The notes beneath the pieces were generated by a model. That model saw nothing but the letters and a program-made list of their open reading frames with translations. It ran no database searches and had not been told where the DNA came from. Source: Candidatus Thalassarchaeaceae archaeon (GTDB taxonomy: Archaea; Thermoplasmatota; Poseidoniia; MGIII; CG-Epi1). From it: DNA of 64,000 nt. This document shows, piece by piece, positions 57,579 through 64,000 of the stretch. A program made the translations under genes and the position numbers. Every line of letters starts with the position of its first letter. The first letter of the stretch is position 1. The DNA is taken from the NCBI GenBank assembly GCA_963577905.1, contig CAUYZR010000001.1, positions 66-64,065 of the forward strand. Direction: 5' to 3'.

Positions 57579-58588
57579 TGAAAGCAGTAGTTGTCACAAA
57601 ACATGGGGGCCCCGATAACATGGAGCTCCAGGAGCTTCCAACACCCTCTCCCGGGCCAGGAGAAGTTTGCATCCGAGTTTCCAGAGCTGGAATCAATTTT
57701 GCAGATATTCTTTCCCGCATGGGACTTTATCCTGGTTCTCCCAAACCACCCTTTACACCAGGAATGGAAGTTTCAGGAACGGTACATGAGGTTGGTCCGG
57801 ACGTAGAAGGTTTTGAACTTGGAGACAGGGTTGTCGGTTCTGGTACCAAGGGCGGTTATGCTACCCATACAATCGCCAAAAAAGAGGGTGTCTTCAAGAT
57901 TCCAGACGAGATTACTTTTGATGTGGCTGCCGCTTTTCCAGCAGTTTATCTCACTTCGTATCTGATGATCATCCATCCCGGAGCCTTACAGAAGGGAGAA
58001 TCGATATTGATTCATGGTGCTGCAGGTGGTGTAGGGCTGGCTTCAATAGAACTGGCTAAGATCGCGGGTGCCAAAACGATATTTGGTACATGTTCTCCAA
58101 GTAAGCACGATTTTATTCAGGAAAAAGGTGTCTTACCAGTTGATAGAGACAATTTTCTGGCTGGGATAATGGAATGGACCGATGGCAAGGGAGTGGAATT
58201 GGTCCTGGATCCAATAGGAGGCGAGCATCTAATGCAATCCTATCGCTGTCTGGGTTCTGGTGGCCGAGTATGTTCGTTTGGTATATCAGATATGGCTCCA
58301 GGCAAGAAAAAGAGCCAATGGAAACGCTTCAAGTCCTGGATGACCTTTCCCAAGTTTGATCCATTGAAGATGATGACCAGTAACAGGGGCGTATTTGGAA
58401 TACACTTGGGCCGTTGGAGGAACTGGGAACGACTGGACAAGGCCAGAAAAGATCTGATGAAGTGGATTGATGAGGGCAAGATAAATCCCCATGTGGACAA
58501 GGTTTTCCCTTCAGAGAAAGCGGCAGAGGCCCATCATTACATTCAGGATCGGAAGAATATTGGTAAGGTTCTTCTGAGTTTCGATTAA
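57575..58588 (+). CDS. MDR-family NADPH quinone oxidoreductase (VAT-1-like)
   Basis: GINFAD, PGMEVSG, IHGAAGGVG, RKNIGKVLL. Confidence 0.88.
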   Translation: MMKAVVVTKHGGPDNMELQELPTPSPGPGEVCIRVSRAGINFADILSRMGLYPGSPKPPFTPGMEVSGTVHEVGPDVEGFELGDRVVGSGTKGGYATHTIAKKEGVFKIPDEITFDVAAAFPAVYLTSYLMIIHPGALQKGESILIHGAAGGVGLASIELAKIAGAKTIFGTCSPSKHDFIQEKGVLPVDRDNFLAGIMEWTDGKGVELVLDPIGGEHLMQSYRCLGSGGRVCSFGISDMAPGKKKSQWKRFKSWMTFPKFDPLKMMTSNRGVFGIHLGRWRNWERLDKARKDLMKWIDEGKINPHVDKVFPSEKAAEAHHYIQDRKNIGKVLLSFD

Positions 58589-58655
58589 CTCCAAACTTTT
58601 TTTGGCTTTGTTTTAAAGGGAATGACTTAGAAAACCCTAAAAGCATGGTGACTCT

Positions 58656-59210
58656 GTGACCATGATGCAGCCACGACGTTCATTGGCGATAAGGGATATG
58701 AAAAAGAGTGACTGGCCTACTGTTTCCCGAATCTACAGTGAAGGAATTCAGACTGGTTGTGCCACCTTCGAACCGGAACCTCCCGAATCTTGGGAGGACT
58801 GGGTGTCGGGAAGAATACCGGAAGGATGCCTCGTCCAGGAGGATGATGGCCACATAATTGGCTGGGCCACCATGAGTACCATCTCCAGCCGTTGTGTTTA
58901 CGGTGGTATCTCAGAGGTCAGTATCTATGTCTCGAAGAATGATCAAAGAAAGGGTATTGGCACGCAACTGTTGAAGGCCCTGATTGCTCGCTCCGAAAAA
59001 CTGGATATTTGGACCCTCCAAGCCCAAATGTTTTTGGAGAACCATTCAAGCCTAAATCTTCATTTGAGATGTGGTTTTCGCGAAGTGGGCCTACGGGAAA
59101 AGATAGGACTGATAACCTTCGGAAAATTCAAGGGCCAGTGGAAAGATAATGTCCTCTTGGAGCGCAGAAGCAAAACTGTTGGTACCTCTTCCACAGAGAG
59201 AGGGCTATAG
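58656..59210 (+). CDS. GNAT N-acetyltransferase (phosphinothricin/YncA-like)
   Basis: IYSEGI..ATFE, EVSIYV, QRKGIG, WTLQA, GFREVG. Confidence 0.88.
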   Translation: MTMMQPRRSLAIRDMKKSDWPTVSRIYSEGIQTGCATFEPEPPESWEDWVSGRIPEGCLVQEDDGHIIGWATMSTISSRCVYGGISEVSIYVSKNDQRKGIGTQLLKALIARSEKLDIWTLQAQMFLENHSSLNLHLRCGFREVGLREKIGLITFGKFKGQWKDNVLLERRSKTVGTSSTERGL

Positions 59211-59379
59211 TTCGAGGTCCGAAAGTAGCTCCGAAGTAGCGATTCAAAATCTTGAACCAGATTATAGCCTTCATCGAGGAGTTATAGATCCTAATCAATG
59301 GTAGTGGACATGGAATCCAGAAAAATATACCCTGCATCGTGCACTTATGTTTTAAAGTGGGCATACAGTTCGTAACCCA

Positions 59380-59775
59380 ATGACTGACATTAATGTGAAG
59401 TTGAAGCACAATCTGGAAGATGCCAACACACTTTTCAAAATTCTTTTTGCAGCAATCAAGATTGGTGAGCCCGCATCCAAAAGAAAGATTGCAGATGTCG
59501 CAGACATATCTTCACAATTGGTTGATTACCATATTGACAAGTTGGTGGCTAATGGCCAATTGATTATAGTAGACTCAAAATATATGGCTCAGAAAGCGTT
59601 CTTGGATCAAAGCATATACAAATTTTTGAAAGAGAAAGTGATAACTCAGGCTTTAGTTGATAATATTGCGTACAAACTTGACTTCAGTCAGGCCGAGGTT
59701 CAGGACAATGCAGTTCTTGAGGAATCGATAATTACTCTTTTGAAGCTTTTCACTATTGAATTGAAAGAGAAGTGA
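59380..59775 (+). CDS. Winged-HTH DNA-binding protein
   Basis: SKRKIADVADISSQLVDYHIDKLV helix-turn-helix pattern. Confidence 0.7.
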   Translation: MTDINVKLKHNLEDANTLFKILFAAIKIGEPASKRKIADVADISSQLVDYHIDKLVANGQLIIVDSKYMAQKAFLDQSIYKFLKEKVITQALVDNIAYKLDFSQAEVQDNAVLEESIITLLKLFTIELKEK

Positions 59776-59834
59776 TAATTTCCAAAAAGTTTTTTTTGGC
59801 ACTGTTTTATATACTACGGAGCCAAATTTTAGTT

Positions 59835-60029
59835 ATGCGCAGAAGGCATATGTTAGGAGAGCACGAAAAAACCCTTTGCGGTTGGGGTCTAACAACTGGT
59901 GAGCTATCACAGATGAAAAGAATGGAAAACAGATACGTTAATTGTAAACGTTGTTTGGATAAAATGATGGAATTACCAGAGCCTCTGAATAGTAAAAAAG
60001 TGAGCAGAGGAAATCCAATCAATGGCTAA
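59835..60029 (+). CDS. Small putative Zn-finger protein (H..TLCG..CxxC)
   Basis: MRRRHMLGEHEKTLCGW...YVNCKRC; ATG 59835 about 25 nt after TTTTATATA. Confidence 0.55.
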   Translation: MRRRHMLGEHEKTLCGWGLTTGELSQMKRMENRYVNCKRCLDKMMELPEPLNSKKVSRGNPING

Positions 60030-62715
60030 AAAAATCGACGTTTTTGGTAAATCGTTAAACACCCCAAGAACGATGTTGGACCTATCCTCGCCTCAACCGG
60101 AACCTTTTGGTGGTATCCCTTCTGGCGTTTTTGCAGTTTTTGCAGTTATTATTCTTGGTATTTCTCTAGCTTCTTACATTCCTGATGGCGATACACCTCA
60201 GGATACTGGCCTTACTGAATCACAATCTGAGTACCTAGAAGACATTCTTTCGGACAGATCTCGTAGTTCACCGACTTTATCAACTTATGATTCCTGTGGT
60301 TATCTTGAGATTGATTTGAAAGAACATCTGAAAGAGGAGATGCGTGTTAATCTGGGAACAGGTTCGTACTACTATGGCGGTTGGGGAATGGTAGATGACA
60401 TGGTTATGGTTGGGGAGCCAGAGATGGCAATGGCTGAAGGAGACATGGACAATTCTGCTCCATCTACGGGTTCCTCAGAGAAAAGTTCCTCGGGACCCGT
60501 GGAAGGTGTTGATTACTCAGGAACTAATAATCAAGAACAAGGAGTGGATGAAGCTGATTTTGTTAAAACAGATGGATCCTATATTTACCTTGTAAATCAA
60601 GGATACAGTGATTGGGGAGTCTATCCCTCTGGTAAATTACATATTCTTGAGATCCCGGAAGTTGGTAATGTTTCGTATTTGTCCAATATTTCAATCGAAG
60701 GCCGTCCTCATGAAATGCTTTTAGTGGATGATAAAGCAGTAGTTTATTCTAATGTTTACATATACAGTTACTACGAGGAGGAACATCCACTGGCCGATAA
60801 TCTGAGAACAGAGTTCAAGAGAGAAAAGGCAGAGACTGTTACTGTTGTATCTGAAGGCGCGCCCGAGCCTGTTAAGGAGAGTACAACATCCAGTGAAAGT
60901 AAATCCGGTTCTCGTGCAGAGAATGATGGTGTTGAATCCGATGAGAAAGAATCTGAAGAAGAAGAACGCGAAGAAAATTGGGAAGACGAGGAATATTATT
61001 ATGAGTATTATTATCGAACAACATCATTCACTAAAATTACAGTATTGGATTTGACCAATAGAAGTTCTCCTCAAGTGTCCAGAGAACTTTACATCGAAGG
61101 TGACTATCAAACAGCTAGGGAATCAGATGGTACAGTCCGTATGGTCTCTTATGGTTGGATGGAAATATATGGCCTGAAAACCTGGCTGGAATTTGATTAC
61201 AGGTATTGGGATCTCGATTGGGAAAGTTCAGAAAGAGAGAAAATGTGGATGGAGACGATGAATGAGACAATAGAGTATAACGATAAAATAATTAACAGTA
61301 TTTCATTGGACAATCTTATTCCTCGCATTTACGAAAAGTCAGGCTCTAACATTACAACACATAAGTATTCAGAATCGGGAGAAGGCAATTGCCAGAATTT
61401 TGCGGCTGCGGTAGATGGTGCAGGACAGGGCGTAACATCGATATTGACCCTTGATCTGTTGGAGGACACTTTCAGTTTCAATGCCGACCATATCCTGAGC
61501 AATTGGGCTACCGTCTATGCCTCTGGAAATGTGATGGTAATGGCTGAATCAGCTTGGGATTCATGGTGGTTTTGGGGTGATGATGACAATCAGCTTGAAG
61601 AAATGACAAACATTCATGTCTTTGATATTTCTAGCCCTGGCCAGACAGATTACATTGCCAGCGGAAGGATAAACGGTACTATTCAGGATCAATTTTCATT
61701 GTCAGAGTATAATGGGGACATTCGTATCTGCTCTACTACAGGCCAATGGGGCAGGTGGTGGATGGAAGATCCTGAGCCAATGGTCAGTCACGTCTTTGTT
61801 CTGGGACTCAATGCGGAAGGAACCCAGTATGACGTCATAGGTCACGTGGGTGGAATCGCAGAGGATGAGCAAATATGGTCCGCCCGTTTCATTGGCGACA
61901 AGGCCTATCTTGTGACTTTCAGGAATATCGATCCTTTATGGACAATAGACCTTAGCGAGCCTACTAATCCCAGAGTCATTGGTGAACTTGAGGTTCCAGG
62001 CGTTTCTACCTATATTCATCCAATGGGCGATGATCATCTCCTTACAATAGGAATTGCTGGTGATGAGGATGGTCTGGAATGGGGAGTTACCCAGATATCG
62101 ATATTTGATGTCAGTGACTTTTCGAACCCGGTACTGGAAAGTTCACTCAGGTTGACCCCTGCACCGGAAAATGAATATGACTGGTCATATTCTTACAGCG
62201 AGGCGACCTACGAACACAAGGCCTTTCAGTATTGGGAAGCTGATGGTATACTCGCAATTCCAATGTCAACTCAAAGATACTATTCGGATATCAAGGAGAT
62301 TGACGGTCGATTGTATTATGCAAGTGGTTATGAATACATATCCAAATTAATGCTGATAAATGCAAAACCTGGTGAGGATCTCGCAATTTACGATGAAATA
62401 GATCATTCCTCCTTCTACAATTCCAGTTATTCATGGGATAGTCCTGATGTCAGACGTAGCATATTCATGGGTGGAGGAGACTACATTTATGCCATCAGTG
62501 AGAAAGGAGTCACCGCCCATAATGTAGATACGATGGAAAGAACGGGTTTTGTCGAACTTCCTTCAGACAATAAGCGGAATAATTACGCAGAATATTACTA
62601 CGATGATGTTGTCGATGCTATTGAAGTAGAACCTGATGAAGATGGTGACGAAGATAGAGAAGATTCCGACAGCAGTTCAGACTCTGAAGACGGCTCAACA
62701 GGTTCTGAAGGTTAG
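60022..62715 (+). CDS. Membrane-anchored beta-propeller domain protein (COG4880-like)
   Basis: YSGTNNQEQGVDEADFVKTDG, DQFSLSEY, EQIWSARF, VTFRNIDPL, GELEVPGVSTYIHP, EHKAF. Confidence 0.88.
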   Translation: MAKKIDVFGKSLNTPRTMLDLSSPQPEPFGGIPSGVFAVFAVIILGISLASYIPDGDTPQDTGLTESQSEYLEDILSDRSRSSPTLSTYDSCGYLEIDLKEHLKEEMRVNLGTGSYYYGGWGMVDDMVMVGEPEMAMAEGDMDNSAPSTGSSEKSSSGPVEGVDYSGTNNQEQGVDEADFVKTDGSYIYLVNQGYSDWGVYPSGKLHILEIPEVGNVSYLSNISIEGRPHEMLLVDDKAVVYSNVYIYSYYEEEHPLADNLRTEFKREKAETVTVVSEGAPEPVKESTTSSESKSGSRAENDGVESDEKESEEEEREENWEDEEYYYEYYYRTTSFTKITVLDLTNRSSPQVSRELYIEGDYQTARESDGTVRMVSYGWMEIYGLKTWLEFDYRYWDLDWESSEREKMWMETMNETIEYNDKIINSISLDNLIPRIYEKSGSNITTHKYSESGEGNCQNFAAAVDGAGQGVTSILTLDLLEDTFSFNADHILSNWATVYASGNVMVMAESAWDSWWFWGDDDNQLEEMTNIHVFDISSPGQTDYIASGRINGTIQDQFSLSEYNGDIRICSTTGQWGRWWMEDPEPMVSHVFVLGLNAEGTQYDVIGHVGGIAEDEQIWSARFIGDKAYLVTFRNIDPLWTIDLSEPTNPRVIGELEVPGVSTYIHPMGDDHLLTIGIAGDEDGLEWGVTQISIFDVSDFSNPVLESSLRLTPAPENEYDWSYSYSEATYEHKAFQYWEADGILAIPMSTQRYYSDIKEIDGRLYYASGYEYISKLMLINAKPGEDLAIYDEIDHSSFYNSSYSWDSPDVRRSIFMGGGDYIYAISEKGVTAHNVDTMERTGFVELPSDNKRNNYAEYYYDDVVDAIEVEPDEDGDEDREDSDSSSDSEDGSTGSEG

Positions 62716-62756
62716 CACCTAACTGCTAAATAACCATAGAAAATAGCTGAATCATT

Positions 62757-63566
62757 ATGATTCAGCTGAATGATGTGCATAGACACTATGTGATGGCATC
62801 AGAGACGATTAGGGCCTTGGATGGAATAACTCTAAGTATCCAAGAAGGCGAAAGAATAATTTTGTTGGGACCTTCCGGATCGGGTAAAACAACACTGCTC
62901 AATTGCCTTTCAGCGTTAGATAGCCCTACCGAAGGAAGTTACATTTTTGATGGTGAACCAGTACCTATATTGTCAAGTTTACCACCTAAAAGGCGAATCA
63001 CTAGGCCAGATAGTTTCTTTTTGGGAATGGGAGTAGATGTTTTTAATTTTGGGGTTAAAATTTTATTTTGGATTCCAGAATATTTTACCCATTCTCTACC
63101 AACTGCACGTAGCAATGAGAAAATGACGACCTTCCGTAGAAAGAATGTTGGATACGTTTTTCAATTTTACAATTTGCTACAAGATTTAACGGTCATGGAA
63201 AACGTTATGCTGATACAAGAGCTTTCAGGTGGGCGTGATATTAATCGAGCTGAAGAGATTCTGAAATTAGTTGGTCTAGAAGGAGAAATGAATCGTTTTC
63301 CTTCTGAGATAAGTGGAGGGCAGCAACAAAGAGTTGCTATCGCACGAAGCATAGCCAAAAAGCCTAAACTTCTTTTGGGTGATGAATTGACAGGAAATCT
63401 TGATTCGGAAACATCTGCTAAAGTTATGGACGTTCTTATTCAAGCCTGTAAATCAGAAGGCATAACTACAGTAATGGTCACTCATGATGAATCGTTGGCA
63501 AAGTATGCCACACGTGTAGTACGTTTAGATAGTGGCAAGATAAAGTCGGATGAGCAGGTATCCTAA
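62757..63566 (+). CDS. ABC transporter ATP-binding protein (LolD/MacB-like) with internal insertion
   Basis: GPSGSGKT, VFQFYNL, ISGGQQQRVAIAR, DELTGNLD, VTHD. Confidence 0.93.
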   Translation: MIQLNDVHRHYVMASETIRALDGITLSIQEGERIILLGPSGSGKTTLLNCLSALDSPTEGSYIFDGEPVPILSSLPPKRRITRPDSFFLGMGVDVFNFGVKILFWIPEYFTHSLPTARSNEKMTTFRRKNVGYVFQFYNLLQDLTVMENVMLIQELSGGRDINRAEEILKLVGLEGEMNRFPSEISGGQQQRVAIARSIAKKPKLLLGDELTGNLDSETSAKVMDVLIQACKSEGITTVMVTHDESLAKYATRVVRLDSGKIKSDEQVS

Positions 63567-63571
63567 GAGTA

Positions 63572-64000
63572 ATGTCTTTTCTTCTAACTAAAAGATTAGC
63601 ACGTAGCCTTTGGAGAACCAAAATACGCTTAGTTGCAGTGATTTTTATGGTGGTTATAGGTGTTTTAGGAGGGATTTCAATGGGAGGTTATGCTACCAAC
63701 GTGGCTGTACTCTATAATAATATTTATGAAGATGACGAAGAGGGAGTAAATCTTCCAGATATCTGGGTAAATCTTCCAGGTGGTACTTGGTCTGAAGAGG
63801 AATCTCAGAATCTTTGTGATAAATTTGAAGAGGATTTCCCTGTTGATTCCCCTTCAATAGACAAATGTGAACCTAGATTGGTTGTTGATGGGACTCTTTT
63901 CCATTCATGGTCTTTCAGAGACGAAATAGAGTCAGGTGAGGAGATTCTGGTCACTGCTGTCTGGCACGGTATCGATGAAGGTGAAGTTGATAAGGTTTGG
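63572..64000 (+). CDS. FtsX/MacB-like ABC permease (5' part, runs off the window)
   Basis: Translated by hand from ATG 63572: MSFLLTKRLARSLWRTKIRLVAVIFMVVIGVLGGISMGG...; follows the ATPase gene. Confidence 0.75.
   Translation, partial: MSFLLTKRLARSLWRTKIRLVAVIFMVVIGVLGGISMGGYATNVAVLYNNIYEDDEEGVNLPDIWVNLPGGTWSEEESQNLCDKFEEDFPVDSPSIDKCEPRLVVDGTLFHSWSFRDEIESGEEILVTAVWHGIDEGEVDKVW

Noticed and set aside
59128..59409. Minus-strand 93-aa ORF or pseudogene between GNAT and wHTH genes
   Set aside because: Overlaps both neighbours, has no motif, and other frames contain stops without recognisable homology.

Overview
Core-genome segment of a marine Thermoplasmatota archaeon, most likely Marine Group III or II. 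This is inferred from the archaeal translation genes (S19e, L39e, L31e, aIF6, fibrillarin, TrmY, archaeal AlaRS), the co-occurrence of GyrA and TopoVI-B, a geranylgeranyl reductase and a stand-alone 5S rRNA. The window is densely coded: about 50 CDS, five intron-less tRNAs with encoded CCA and one 5S rRNA. No CRISPR array, transposase, integrase or reverse transcriptase is visible. Three genes are absent from the supplied ORF track or truncated at the edge (L39e, a 52-aa Cys-rich protein, the ORF running off base 1), as is the partial permease at the right edge. The most notable items are: (i) a micro-islet at the tRNA-Ser 3' end, with a 56-aa gene bracketed by perfect 30-bp direct repeats next to the Cys-rich micro-protein; (ii) a fibre-like pentapeptide-repeat lipoprotein between tRNA-Gly and 5S rRNA; (iii) an HCF101-like Fe-S carrier plus an Nfu with a (CGC)x3 tail; (iv) GyrA with a C-terminal Zn ribbon, in an operon with deoxyhypusine synthase and a DDAH-family enzyme; (v) a TopA-ThpR-Hef-KptA repair-like cluster; (vi) a ThiR-symporter-TPK thiamine locus; (vii) a ~47-aa insertion in an ABC ATPase; (viii) a very long Lhr helicase. 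All family assignments come from motif recognition by eye, not database searches.
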